Assembly: GCA_964016885.1 (NCBI GenBank)
Contig: OZ024740.1
Coordinates: 371,752,001 to 371,816,000 of the forward strand
DNA: 64,000 nucleotides
Source of the DNA: Eledone cirrhosa
Taxonomy: Eukaryota
Reading direction: 5' to 3'
The position numbers and the translations under genes were made by a program. Positions within the stretch are counted from its first letter, which is position 1. The number at the start of each line of letters is the position of its first letter. The notes beneath the pieces were generated by a model, which had not been told where the DNA came from, did not search any database, and was given only the letters and a program-made list of their open reading frames with translations. Shown here one piece after another: positions 29,606-48,462 of this stretch.

Positions 29606-30025
29606 AAATTAGAATTGGTGTTCTGAAATAGTATACATTTACGTATAGACATATCTTCTCATACTCACACACATACACACACACACATACTTACACATTC
29701 ACGCATTCTACCACACACTTAAACAGACATGTACTAAAAAAAACCTTTTAAAGGGAGACTACTCTTTATCCACCTAACCTTAACTCTTTGACATTAGAGA
29801 TAGAACAGATACTCTATACCATTTCCTGTCAGCATGACTTGGCAAGCTATTTATAACACTGGTTTTACCGCTTTACTTCCCTCCGAGGAAGAGATATTAT
29901 CTCGAAAATGAAGGACATTTAAATAAATCTAAGGTAAAAGACTAATTGTTAACAATATCTTTTGCATTTGAATTTTTTTAAATTCTATGTCCATACTTGC
30001 ATTGTTTCGCTTTACAAATGCAAAC

Positions 30026-30098
<73 letters not shown>

Positions 30099-30126
30099 TA
30101 TATATATATAAATATATATATATATA

Positions 30127-30309
<183 letters not shown>

Positions 30310-30321
30310 ATATATATAAAT

Positions 30322-31632
30322 ATAGTGGTAGAACACTGGAAGGTAATATCCGTAGTGGTAGAGCACTCAGTCCATGGGACGAGTTAGGTAGAAGTGGTTA
30401 CACAACAGTTAGTTCACCATACCGAGAACAATTGTTTCACCTTAGCGGATCCTTAGCTCGTAATGGACATGGTTATATGGAACAGGAAGGACGCGCATGC
30501 GCAGAAACTATCACTTCACACAGGCAATACTAGATTGCGTGTGAGAGATGTAAGGGAGATAACTGCGAAAGTTCGAAAGTTTCTATTTAATAAAAAAATT
30601 AGGATGTTGTTGTAATTCAATCCGGAGCTTTGTAGTTATGTAAGAGGTGTTTCCAGACGTGTGGACAACGTGTGAAGAATTCATTTCTCGTGTTTAGGCA
30701 ATCACTATTGCGTAATCTCTTTAAAATATTTATACGTTCATCAGTACATAGTCCACACGACGGTTCTCTGGTTCTCTCCTCCCTTCTCAGTCAACGTTAA
30801 AACCAATGTAGGCAAAAAATGTCTAGCCCTCTTTGATAGACACTTTCCCATAGGTCATAAATACCGCTCCACAGAGTAAAACTAGGATATTCCTGCGCTA
30901 AGAACACGAAGGCCCACATCACCAACAGCCCTAAGAGCAACACCCCATCAGGGTGCTCTTGCCGTAAGCCCGAAGCATGTCCCCTTCAACAGCAATGCAA
31001 CACAGCTGTAATTTATGAAGCTGTGGTCACTTCCAACCGACCAAATAAACCACAGGGGGTCAAATCCTATGTGGGTATGGCGGAGGGCCGATTTAAGGAA
31101 CACTTCCTGAACCACCCAGTCAACCTTTAGGTACCCGGACAGACGTTCATCCACGAAACTCGGGAGCCCCATATTGGACTCAAGTATAGACTACTCCATT
31201 CAATGGAAAGCCATCACTAACTCCAAGCAATACGCAAGGGGCAATCCGTTGTGTGGACTATGTATTGATGAACGAATAAATATTCTAAACAGATTACGCA
31301 ATAGTGATTGCCTAAACACGAGAAATGATTTCTTCACACGTTGTCCACACGTCTGGAAAGACCTCTTACATAACAACAAAGCTCCGGATTGAATTACAAC
31401 GACATCCTAATTTTCTTATCAACTAGAAATTTTCGGACTTTCGCAGTTATCTCCCTTACACCTCTCGCACGCAATTTAGTATTGCCTGTGAGAAGTGATC
31501 GTTTCTGCGCATGCGCATTCTTACGGTTTTCCTTCCTGTTCCGTATAACCATGTCCATTACGATCTGAGGATCCGCTAAAGTGAAACAATTGTTCTTGGT
31601 ATGGTCAACTAACTGTTGTGTAAACACTTCTT
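30322..31632 (+). mobile_element. 5'-truncated PLE (GIY-YIG end plus pseudo-LTR) with an inverted upstream copy 30322-30770
   Basis: WFSPPFS, YVGMAEGRFK, CGLCIDERINI, LNTRNDFFTRCPH; 30400-30765 is the reverse complement of about 31258-31625; (TA)n on both sides. Confidence 0.85.
31561..31598 (+). ncRNA. Minimal hammerhead in the PLE pseudo-LTR (inverted copy 30423-30460); each copy carries different lesions
   Basis: Consensus of the two copies: CGAG-CTGAGGA-TCC gctaa GGT-GAAA-CAATTG-TT-CTCG. Confidence 0.65.
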
Positions 31633-31804
<172 letters not shown>

Positions 31805-31870
31805 TATATATATATATTTATATATATATATTTATATATATATATTTATATATATATATTTATATATATA

Positions 31871-34275
31871 TAATTAAGTTAAAGATGTACATCCATATAT
31901 GTATACTGAAATACTAGTATGTATATGAATACACACACGTATACATATGTAGGTGTACCAAGTTTTTTCACTGGTCACTTTACTGTGAGTGGCCAGCTAT
32001 TCTGTATGTAAACACACAGACAAACCGGTTTTTAGAGTCATACTGGTTTTTGAGGAAACACCTCTCCTCTATTCTCCAGAAAGCCAGACAAGGAATATTG
32101 AACTAGTTTCGTTGTTGTTACAACTCATCAGCAATATTTACCTATCTTCCGGCCTCTCTAGAGAATCGTAAAAGCACATATCGTTATATGCTTTTTCTAT
32201 GAAAATTAGTAGTGGACAGACTAATTTGCATAGAGTGTGAGTAAGTACCGGTTCAACGGAGACGATAAAAACAAATAACGAAACGAAATTAAATTTCGTT
32301 TCGTTTGTAACTCACTTTTGTATGACTGACGCTTAAACAATTAAGTTAAAGATGTACATCCATATATGTATACTGAAATACTAGTATGTATATGAATACA
32401 CACACGTATACATATGTAGGTGTACCAAGTTTTTTCACTGGTCACTTTACTGTGAGTGGCCAGCTATTCTGTATGTAAACACACAGACAAACCGGTTTTT
32501 AGAGTCATACTGGTTTTTGAGGAAACACCTCTCCTCTATTCTCCAGAAAGCCAGACAAGGAATATTGAACTAGTTTCGTTGTTGTTACAACTCATCAGCA
32601 ATATTTACCTATCTTCCGGCCTCTCTAGAGAATCGTAAAAGCACATATCGTTATATGCTTTTTCTATGAAAATTAGTAGTGGGCAGACTAATTTGCATAG
32701 AGTGTGAGTAAGTACCGGTTCAACGGAGACGATAAAAACAAATAATGAAACGAAATTAAATTTCGTTTCGTTTGTAACTCACTTTTGTATGACTGACGCT
32801 TAAACAATTAAGTTAAAGATGTACATCCATATATGTATACTGAAATACTAGTATGTATATGAATACACACACGTATACATATGTAGGTGTACCAAGTTTT
32901 TTCACTGGTCACTTTACTGTGAGTGGCCAGCTATTCTGTATGTAAACACACAGACAAACCGGTTTTTAGAGTCATACTGGTTTTTGAGGAAACACCTCTC
33001 CTCTATTCTCCAGAAAGCCAGACAAGGAATATTGAACTAGTTTCGTTGTTGTTACAACTCATCAGCAATATTTACCTATCTTCCGGCCTCTCTAGAGAAT
33101 CGTAAAAGCACATATCGTTATATGCTTTTTCTATGAAAATTAGTAGTGGGCAGACTAATTTGCATAGAGTGTGAGTAAGTACCGGTTCAACGGAGACGAT
33201 AAAAACAAATAACGAAACGAAATTAAATTTCGTTTCGTTTGTAACTCACTTTTGTATGACTGACGCTTAAACAATTAAGTTAAAGATGTACATCCATATA
33301 TGTATACTGAAATACTAGTATGTATATGAATACACACACGTATACATATGTAGGTGTACCAAGTTTTTTCACTGGTCACTTTACTGTGAGTGTCCAGCTA
33401 TTCTGTATGTAAACACACAGACAAACCGGTTTTTAGAGTCATACTGGTTTTTGAGGAAACACCTTTCCTCTATTCTCCAGAAAGCCAGACAAGGAATATT
33501 GAACTAGTTTCGATGTTGTTACATCTCATCAGCAATATTTACCTATCTTCCGGCCTTTCTAGAGAATCGTAAAAGCACATATCGTTATATGCTTTTTCTA
33601 TGAAAATTAGTAGTGGGCAGACTAATTTGCATAGAGCGTGAGTACATACCGGTTCAACGGAGACGATGAAAACAAATAACGAAACAAAATTAAATTTCGT
33701 TTCGTTTGTAACTCACTTTTGTATGACTGACGCTTAAACAATTAAGTTAAAAATGTACATCCACATATGTATACTGAAATACTAGAGTGCATATGAATAC
33801 ACACACGTATACATATGTAGATGTACCGAGTTTTTCACTGGTCACTTTACTGTGAGTGTCCAGCTATTCTGTATGTAAACACACAGACAAACCGGTTTTT
33901 AGAGTCATACTGGTTTTTGAGGAAACACCTTTCCTCTATTCTCCAGAAAGCCAGACAAGGAATATTGAACTAGTTTCGATGTTGTTACATCTCATCAGCA
34001 ATATTTACCTATCTTCCGGCCTTTCTAGAGAATCGTAAAAGCACATATTGTTATATGCTTTTTCTATGAAAATTAGTAGTGGGCAGACTAATTTGCATAG
34101 AGCGTGAGTACGTACCGGTTCAACGGAGACGATAAAAACAAATAACGAAACAAAATTAAATTTCGTTTCGTTTGTAACTCACTTTTGTATGACTGACGCT
34201 TAAACAATTAAGTTAAAAATGTACATCCACATATGTATACTGAAATACTAGAGTGCATATGAATACACACACGTG
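31871..34275 (-). repeat. Array 2 left arm: five family 1 units; HHRs at 32094-32138, 32561-32605, 33028-33072, 33495-33539, 33961-34005
   Basis: 466-467-bp period; each unit has the complete HHR on the minus strand with a GUU cleavage triplet. Confidence 0.95.
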
Positions 34276-34349
34276 TGTATATATATATACACACATACAT
34301 ATATGTATGTATATATATACATATATGTGTATATATATATACATATATG

Positions 34350-34380
<31 letters not shown>

Positions 34381-34811
34381 CATACATATATATTTATTTA
34401 TGATTTGTCACTTTTTTAAGAATTACAATGTTTCATCTTTTTTTACATCTTCAATTTTCTTCTTTCTATTTTTTTTTTATTCTCATCTCATTTCATTTAA
34501 TTTCATTTTTATTTTATTATTTTACTTTATTCACGACTTTCCATCTTTTCATTTACAGTTCTATATATTTATTTGTTTATTTTTATTTGTTCCTTTTTTA
34601 TCTTTTTTTTTTTTTTTCGAAATTTGATCTATTTAGATGTGGAATTATCTCTTCCTTTACCATATGTTTGGTTGAGTATAGCTGAAGGTTTTCTAAATAT
34701 TATCCAGTGCACATTCCACACTATCCACGCTAGATTTGATCAGTTTTATACACTTAAAATTTCTTCTTTACTCATGTTCTATCATTAAAATTATATCTGA
34801 TTAATGAAATA

Positions 34812-34975
34812 ATAATTGTTTCTACTTTTGGCACAAGGTCAGCAATTACCCTAGTGCATTACTGGTAATTTATTTTATCGACCCCCTAAGGAAGAAAGGC
34901 AAAGTTAACCGCGGCGGGATTTGAACTCAGACTGTAAAGGGACGTAACCATGCTGGAAAGCAGGGCGCCCGACCC
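34812..34975 (-). mobile_element. Nin-type SINE
   Basis: Matches 1072-1210 and 4000-4175. Confidence 0.75.
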
Positions 34976-34984
34976 TCAACATCA

Positions 34985-35143
34985 TCGGTAACTACTGAGC
35001 CGCAGGTTTTATATCGGAGTTATCCCAGTTTCCTGAGTTGCCTTCTCCTAGAAGAATGCCCTGACAAAGGCTAGGGGTCCTTCACTCCCAGTGGTTAAAC
35101 AGCGCGATCGGGTGTCCAGCCCGACTATTTCTATGTCCCCGCG
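34985..35143 (-). mobile_element. Solo 5' UTR fragment of the RTE family at 20376
   Basis: Reverse complement aligns with about 20377-20532 (GGGGACATA.AAATAGTCGG...CTCAGTAGTTACC). Confidence 0.8.
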
Positions 35144-35232
35144 CATATACATACACATGCACCATGTATATACACATATACTTACATATGTACATGTGTA
35201 TATACATATTTACACACTTTTGGATGGCCGTT

Positions 35233-37097
<1,865 letters not shown>

Positions 37098-39734
37098 TGA
37101 CAGAGTACTACTCGAGATTAATAGAAAGGCTAAGGTCTGCCTCTGGGGCAACACCGACCAGGTCATAAATTGGTTCACCGAGTTGCCGGATAAAGCCACC
37201 CTGAAATTCATCCAGTTTGGTATAGATAGTTACTACGCCTCTATCTTCCCCATACTCTTAAATAAGGCACTTATCTTAGCTAGATCTAACACTAGCCTCA
37301 CCAAAAAAGAAATAGACATAATTCTAGCGGCACGTAGAACCATTATCCAGTTCGAAGGCTCCCACTGGACCAGAACCAACCGTCCTGATAACACTTCGAT
37401 GTCACGATGGGGTCCAGCGACTCAGCGCAAGCAACTGACCTGGTTGGGATAATACCTCCTACATAAGCTTAGGGAAGAAATACCGGCCCTACAAGGAGGT
37501 GTAATATAGGGACGACGCCCTGTTTACCGTTAGGAATCGTAGCCCCCGTAGGATAGAGAACCTTAACAAACATATACACAGGTTCTTTAAGTCATACGGC
37601 CTATCCGTAACTATGGACGTCAACCACAGAGTTGTCAACTTCCTGGACGTGACCCTGGAGTTGAGTACGGGCTTATACAAGCCATACCATAAGCCTGGAG
37701 AGTGCGTCTCTTGTATTAATTATGCCTCCAACCACCCTAAGCAGACTCTCAACTCCATAGTCTATAGTATCTCACATAGAATCTCGAGGCTATCCGCCAA
37801 TGAGGATATCTTCAACCAAGCGGCTGATTACTACAATAGGGCCCTGATAAGCGCCGGCTTTAACCGAAGAATTTCCTACATCCCTAACGCTAGCTCTAGA
37901 AACCACCCCCCTCATAAAACTAACGTTATCGTAAGCCATACCTATAACCGATCACGCGGCGACCTCGTTTAAAGTCGGATATAATAGAATAGATAACCGC
38001 ACCAAAGATCACGTCCCCGGCGACGGTGAATACTGTAGATTACTCAAACTATTCCCCTATTACAAAACCAACAAAGGCGACGGCCTACTACCAACGCCTT
38101 CCAACCAACATCTTCGTGTACATAAACATGGAAGTGGTAGAAAGAGTGCACCCGAGCATAAAGTGAAAGGGGCACCGAACAGGCGACAGCGCATTAACAC
38201 ACATAAGAGCGATCATTTAGATGGAACCACCCGTAGCAAAAGTACAAGGACACGTAATCGTCACCGTAACGTCCTATGGTCCCCCCCCCCCTACTCTCGA
38301 AGTGTGGCCTCCAACATACCCCCGGATATTCTTCGAAGCCTTAGAGAAGAACTTCCCACCCAACCATAGGTATAGAAAAATTCTTAATAGGAACAATATA
38401 AAAATATCCTTCTCTACTTCTCCTAACCTAGCAGAGATCATAGGAACAACGAACCACAGTAAGATCACCAAGACACAGCACCTCGACGCAGACGCACCTA
38501 CACCTGACAATAACTGTATCGGCCTTAACAACTCCCTGACAGCATCCAATAGTGTTGGCAACGGCATCCGCAGACGCAACCAGAATGACCGCGAAGTGAC
38601 TGGGGAACATGCAGAACATGGCATGCGGAATAACAATCGCACCATCCCGCGTGCTGTGGGTTGTAATTATGCTAACGACAGCTGCGGTAGCGCAGCTAGC
38701 AACGTAGGCAGCAACAATGATAGCCTTATCGTGGGAAATAGACGGAACCGCGACAGAAATTGCAACTGCCGCGACAGAGGACGTTGCCCCCTTAGAGGAT
38801 ACTGCTTGACCGATAGGGTTATATATAGATGCACTATTACTAGCCACAATAGCGTTAAACATTATATAGGGTCCACCTCCGGCCCGTTCAAAATTAGGTT
38901 TCGAACACATCTCAACTCTTTCACAAATAGAAAACTAAGGCACTCCACCTCGCTCGCGGACTACATCACATCACTAAAGGACTTAAACATTAGCTTCTCC
39001 ACGCACTGGGAGATTGTCGGCAGGGCTGCACCGTACAACTTCAAGAGGAAATGCGATCTTTGCCTCATGGAGCTCTACCACATCATAACTGCACCCCACG
39101 AGCTCATCAACAGCAGAGCTGAAACAGCGATAAGTTGTACACATCGCTTAAAAATATCCTTCTTTAGATGGGTTAAGAATGAAGAGTGAAATAGTACACT
39201 GGATCTCCCTGCAACAAGTCTTAACACCCCGGCGGGCAGGCGCAGCAAATAACACCAAGAAAACAATCCTTGCATACCAGACCCAGCCTCAGACAAACGG
39301 GAAAAAAAAAAAAATATATATATATTATCCGGGAAAGACTGCCCTAACACCGGCCAGAGTTACCTCCCTTGACCTGCTGCAAAAATCAAAACAAGATATT
39401 TTTGCGAGCAATGAATCTTGATGTGGATTTAACCCCCAAAACTCTTTCCGAACTATATAAGGAACGCTTGTGATTATTTATGCCCTTGAGAAGCCCAACT
39501 GGGCGAAACGTACGTAGGTGATATTTTAAATAAACATTGTTTTAACGGTCTATTCTCCGATTTTTCACTTTCCCACGTGCTTACGCTCTGCTAACTCTCT
39601 AGCCCACTAAATATTAACACTTCGAATATTTAATACTGCCGGCACTAGTATCGAGCACCTTTGGCATACGCTACTTGGCAAATAACTATATGTATCACCT
39701 ATCCCTCCTTTTTCTCTCTTTCTCGATACGTAAA

Positions 39735-39737
<3 letters not shown>
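37098..39737 (+). mobile_element. 5'-truncated Hydra-clade-like PLE (RT, Asn-rich linker, GIY-YIG) inserted in (TA)n
   Basis: [51 protein letters not shown]...HYIGST...FKIRF, CDLCLME, CTH; the endonuclease ORF 38221-39189 is open. Confidence 0.9.
39484..39518 (+). ncRNA. Minimal hammerhead (U3:A8 core variant) in the PLE 3' region
   Basis: CC-TTGAGAA-GCCC aact GGGC-GAAA-CGTACG-TA-GG. Confidence 0.75.
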
Positions 39738-39792
<55 letters not shown>

Positions 39793-39838
39793 ATATATAA
39801 ATATATATATATATAAATATATATAAATATATATAAAT

Positions 39839-40041
<203 letters not shown>

Positions 40042-40043
40042 AT

Positions 40044-40076
<33 letters not shown>

Positions 40077-40099
40077 AATATATATATATAAATATATAT

Positions 40100-40192
<93 letters not shown>

Positions 40193-40250
40193 AATATATA
40201 TATATAAATATATATATATAAATATATATATATAAATATATATATATATA

Positions 40251-40321
<71 letters not shown>

Positions 40322-40322
<1 letters not shown>

Positions 40323-42445
40323 ACGAAGGAAATGTGGTAAGGAACCAGGTGGACCATAACGCACCAAAGTACTTAATACTTAGGGTAGTAGAGTGGGTAA
40401 TAGGAACAAGTAAGAACCCGACGGCTGAGCTCAAGCCGTTTCGACAGCTAATTCTGGACTGAATGAACATCTATTCTGGTATTTAAATAGCCGAGCTTAT
40501 TAAGGGGTAATTCCATATATGGTCAAAGAGATAATCACCAGGCTTGGTCACATCACAAGTTAGTAGTAAATTTGTGATGGCAAATTGGTGGGGGAGGGGT
40601 AGCTGAACCTGCCGGTAGGAGAAAAAGGGAGAGGGGGTGGAGTAGACCCATTGAAGCGTTGGTAGTGCCGGCTACAGCTGGGTGTGAGGTCAAAGAGGAT
40701 ACTGGGGAGGGGGAGGGGGAGGAAGTCGAAACGGTAAGTAGAACAATGAGGGGTAAAACTTTAAAAAGTACTGAGAGAGAAAAAAAAAAAAAAAGCAAAG
40801 TCTGGTTACTAAGACTTAAGTCTCTCGCTATTGCTAGGCTAAAGAAATACATAAATAAATAAATAAACAAATAAGTGAATAAAAGAATAGATAAATAACT
40901 TTAAAAAAAAAAAATATATATATATAATGAAGAATAAAAAATAAATAAAAATAAACTAGGTGGGACGGAAATAAAGGGACCCTTATACGAGGTATAAGTG
41001 CGTGTATCGTACGGTGACGGGTCAACAAAGGGGGGGGGGGGGGGGGGGGGGGGGGGCAAAATACTAAAGAGACTACCACGGAAATAATAAAGTTTTCTAC
41101 CCCAATCACAGGGCCAGCAACCACCCAGAGCAAGAAAGTAAGCTAGTACGAGAATATAATTCAGGGTCCCGCAAAAAAATACTCGTGCTAACTCTAAGGG
41201 TACCGCCCGAAACAAAAAGTCTTATACAAGCTACATGAAAGATCGTACGAAGTAAAAGTAAAGAACGGAAAATTAATACAGAAACACCCCCCCCCCCAAA
41301 AAAAAAAAGGGAAAAAGAGGAAAGAAATACTGGATAAATGAGAAATTAAAGCAAAGATGCCACTAAGAAATATAGAAGGCACGGAAAAAAGGGACATCGG
41401 TCGGAGAAGGGGGCAAGTATCCGAAGTCTAACACCTCTGCTATAAAAAGCGGAGTCAGCCAAATCTATCATAGAATAGGGGAGGGGGTGGTGGTGCTGAA
41501 GCTACAAGGGACCGAGGGGCTACCTCGGGTGGGCGAGAAAAAGACGACGACAAAGAAAGGGAACTGGGGTAGAAGGACTAGGGAGGGATGGGGGGAAGGA
41601 GGAAATATAGAGGAAGCGATAAAAGAATGTAAAAGGTGTTTCTGTATTAATTTTCCATTCTTTACTTTTACTTCGTACGATCTTTCATGTAGTTTGTATA
41701 AGACTTTTTGTTTCGTGGCGGTACCCTTAGAGTTAGCACGAGTATTTTTTTGCGGGACCCTGAATTATATTCTCGTACTAGCATACGCAAAGGCATTTTG
41801 GCCCCCCCCCCTTTGTTGACCCGTCACCGTACGATACACGCACTTATACCTCGTATAAGGGTCCCTTTATTTCCGTCCCACCTAGTTTATTTTTATTTAT
41901 TTTTTATTCTTCATTATATATATATATATATATTTTTTAAAAAGTTATTTATCTATTCTTTTATTCACTTATTTGTTTATTTATTTATTTATGTATTTCT
42001 TTAGCCTAGCAATAGCGAGAGACTTAAGTCTTAGTAACCAGACTTTGCTTATTTTTTTTTCTCTCTCAGTCCTTTTTATAGTTTTACCCCTTTCATTGTT
42101 ATACTTGCCGTTTCAACTTCCTCACCCCTGCCCCCATCCCCAGTATCCTCTTTGACCTCACTCCCAGCTGTAGCCGGCACTACCAACGCTTGAATGGGTC
42201 TACTCCACCCCCCTCTCCTTTTTCTCCGACCGGCAGGTTCAGCTACCCCCTTCCCCCACCAATTTGCCATCACAGATTTACTACTACTTGTGATGTGACC
42301 AATCCTGGTGATTATCTCTTTGACCATATATGGAATTACCCCTTGATAAGCTCGGCTATTTAAATACCAGAATAAATTTTCATTCAGTCCAGAATTAGCC
42401 GTCGAAACGGCTTGAGCTCAGCCGTCGGGGTCTTACTTGTTCCTA
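40322..42445. mobile_element. Family 3 non-coding fold-back element: arms 40322-41289 and 41635-42445, purine-rich spacer
   Basis: Arms are reverse complements; HHR at 42339-42430 (+) and a core-mutated copy at 40416-40507 (-); (TA)n on both flanks. Confidence 0.88.
42339..42430 (+). ncRNA. Type I hammerhead, family 3, U3:A8 core with long stem II
   Basis: CCCC-TTGATAA-G..CGGCTA...TAGCCG.C-GAAA-CGGCT tgagctc AGCCG-TC-GGGG. Confidence 0.85.
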
Positions 42446-42518
42446 TATATATATATATATAAATATATATATATATAAATATATATATATATTATATATA
42501 TAAATATATATATATATT

Positions 42519-42554
<36 letters not shown>

Positions 42555-42631
42555 ATATACATTATATGAAGAGAAGAAACATTTAGATATAATTAGTAAT
42601 AAAATGTATCATACCTAAACTGCTCCTAGAT

Positions 42632-42721
42632 TCCTCGACTACGTAGTTTCGTGGCATAAACAAAAACAATACATCATAAAGATATAGAGTCCTTGCGAGG
42701 TCTGCCGACTTATCAAGAGGA
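42632..42721 (-). ncRNA. Type I hammerhead (U3:A8 core) in a ~360-bp (TA)n-flanked island
   Basis: Sense: TCCTC-TTGATAA-GT(c)GGCA...TGCCAC-GAAA-CTACGTAG-TC-GAGGA. Confidence 0.85.
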
Positions 42722-42925
42722 TACCTCATTTTACTAGCTTCAAGAACGCGTCTACACGACGTGAGAAAGAATCCCAAAAGGCGGAGGGGGAGATAGTCAC
42801 GCGATATAACGGTCGAGAAACAGAGCTAAGCCTCTTATAACACCGAAGAAAATACCACGGAGGCGGAGGGGGTATTTATATCGAAGCCGTAGAAGAGGTG
42901 GTGAAGGAGGCGAGAAGTTTTTATA

Positions 42926-43014
<89 letters not shown>

Positions 43015-43017
<3 letters not shown>

Positions 43018-43185
43018 AACGAGTAGGACCCCGCTGGCTGAGCTCAAGCCGTTTTGACGGCTAATTCTGGACTTGAGCTCAGCCGTCGGGGTCCTACTCG
43101 TTCCTATTACCCACTCTACTACCCTAAGTATTGAATACTTTGGTGCGTTATGGTCCACCTGGTTCCTTACCACATTTCCTTCGTT
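43015..43185. mobile_element. Miniature family 3 fold-back (both arms extremely 5'-truncated)
   Basis: Contains only the 3' half of the HHR on each arm, with the same two termini as the larger copies. Confidence 0.8.
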
Positions 43186-43203
43186 ATATATATATATATA
43201 TAA

Positions 43204-44640
<1,437 letters not shown>

Positions 44641-44684
44641 TATATATATATTTATATATATATATATATAAATATATATATATA

Positions 44685-44836
<152 letters not shown>

Positions 44837-44843
44837 TATATAA

Positions 44844-46235
<1,392 letters not shown>

Positions 46236-46308
46236 TGATGTGTTGGTGTACTGGTAGCACAGTGGTCGCGATAACCAAAGACGTGGGTTCGACTCCCATC
46301 TACGTCAA
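46236..46308 (+). pseudogene. tRNA-like sequence (pseudo-tRNA or SINE head) in a (TA)n-flanked island
   Basis: Acceptor TGATGTG/TACGTCA, A-box TGGTGTACTGG, T-arm GTGGG-TTCGACT-CCCAT; the anticodon loop CGCGATA lacks U33. Confidence 0.65.
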
Positions 46309-46523
46309 TACTCATCTATTTCCATTTATCTGAAGGTTCTAAACCCCATTATCAGGCTAAAATTCCTTTGGTCAAAAATACGCTGAAAGCTATTCTATTT
46401 TCTAATTTTAAACCTGCTCACTGTTTCAAAACATACTTACTTGCCAAATATATATATATATATATATATATAAATATATATATATAAATATATATATATA
46501 AATATATGTATGTATATATATCA

Positions 46524-46555
<32 letters not shown>

Positions 46556-46710
46556 ATATATTGATATATATATATATATTTATATATATATAATATTTAT
46601 ATATATATATATATATTGATATATATATATATATTTATATATATATATAAATATATATATATAAATATAAATATATATATATATAAATATATATATATAT
46701 ATCAATATAT

Positions 46711-46745
<35 letters not shown>

Positions 46746-46794
46746 AATAATATATATATATATATATATAAATATATTTATATAGATATATGTA

Positions 46795-46862
<68 letters not shown>

Positions 46863-46877
46863 TATATATATATAAAT

Positions 46878-46944
<67 letters not shown>

Positions 46945-46986
46945 AATATATATATATATAAATATATATATATATGTATATAAATA

Positions 46987-47021
<35 letters not shown>

Positions 47022-47024
<3 letters not shown>

Positions 47025-47097
47025 CGGGGTCGATAAAATAAAGTACTGGTAATGCACTTGGTAATTGCTAGCCTTGTGCCTAAAGTAGAAACAATTA
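47022..47097 (+). mobile_element. Nin-type SINE 3' half
   Basis: TTACGGGGTCGATAAAATAAAGTAC...CCTTGTGCCTAAAGTAGAAACAATTA. Confidence 0.7.
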
Positions 47098-47457
47098 TAT
47101 TATTATAATTAGTTTTTTTAATTTAGTTAACCTATAATTAGTACTTTACTACAGAGAACTTCATAATTTTATTTCCCTCTTACAGCTCTCTTTTCCTAAA
47201 ATTAATACCTAAAAGTATACCTATAAATTAATTTAATTACCTGTTATGAATCTAGATTCCTTGTAGTTTATATAAGATTGGTATTTCTCACTACTACCCT
47301 TATCCCAAAATTTTACTTTCCTTCGTTTTTAACAACACTCTTTAATAACATCTAATTCTTATTTATCACATTCACATCAATTAATATAAATTTATCCCTA
47401 TAAGTATACCTATCAATTATTTTAATTTCTTGTTATAGATCTAGATTCCTTGTGGTT

Positions 47458-47657
47458 NNNNNNNNNNNNNNNNNNNNNNNNNNNNNNNNNNNNNNNNNNN
47501 NNNNNNNNNNNNNNNNNNNNNNNNNNNNNNNNNNNNNNNNNNNNNNNNNNNNNNNNNNNNNNNNNNNNNNNNNNNNNNNNNNNNNNNNNNNNNNNNNNNN
47601 NNNNNNNNNNNNNNNNNNNNNNNNNNNNNNNNNNNNNNNNNNNNNNNNNNNNNNNNN
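47458..47657. other. Assembly gap (200 N)
   Basis: Run of N. Confidence 1.
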
Positions 47658-48259
47658 ATATATTTATTTGGTTCCTTTACCGGTTTCGCAGTTCTTCTGC
47701 TTTTCAAAAGGTGAGTTGAGATGGAGGGTCTGTGGTTTTTCTCACATCTTGTTGGTCTCTAAATGTTACTTGTTTTATATGGAAAAACTGGCTCGAAAAC
47801 CAGGTTTTTCGAGAAGTAATTTGATTGGTTTGTCAATAATTATAATAAATTTCGCGCCAGTTCGCGTTACAATAGTTCTTCAAATAAGAGAGGGAGGGGG
47901 TGTCACAGGTTGTTTTTTCATATATGAGTGTTTGAATTTCTTTTTACTTGAAAAAATGAGGCTCACGAAGGCTTTTTTTTGGTTGGTTATAAATGAAATT
48001 TGGCTGTCACGTGAACAAGTTTTCATTACATTTTTGCGCCCTTATTTGGAAAACTATTCTGTAGTCTTTATAGTGAATGTTATGACAATGGAGAGATAGT
48101 GTAACGCGAACTGGCGCGAAATTTATTATAATTATTGACAAACCAATCAAATTACTTCTCGAAAAACCTGGTTTTCGAGCCAGTTTTTCCATATAAAACA
48201 AGTAACATTTAGAGACCAACCAGATGTGAGAAAAACCACAGACCCTCCATCTCAACTCA

Positions 48260-48297
48260 CCTTTTGAAAAGCAGAAGAACTGCGAAACCGGTAAAGG
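48260..48297 (+). ncRNA. Minimal hammerhead (U3:A8) in the pLTR; copies at 52953-52990 (+) and 47674-47711 (-)
   Basis: CCTT-TTGAAAA-GCAG aagaa CTGC-GAAA-CCGG-TA-AAGG; palindromic ACCGGT stem III. Confidence 0.82.
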
Positions 48298-48462
48298 AAC
48301 CAAATAAATATATATATTTTTTAAAAAAATAAGACTTCAGTTGCATTTTCGATTTCATCCCTTTTTCTTTATACTTCCACTCGTGTAGGACACCTCGGTT
48401 ATTTTTCATTTTGTAAAAAAAACCTCACTTTCTAATATATACCCACCACACGAAGACCGAAA

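Noticed and set aside
29878-29916. HHR-like CCGAGGAA-GAGAT att ATCTC-GAAA
   Set aside because: Core spacing is wrong and there is no stem III or cleavage triplet
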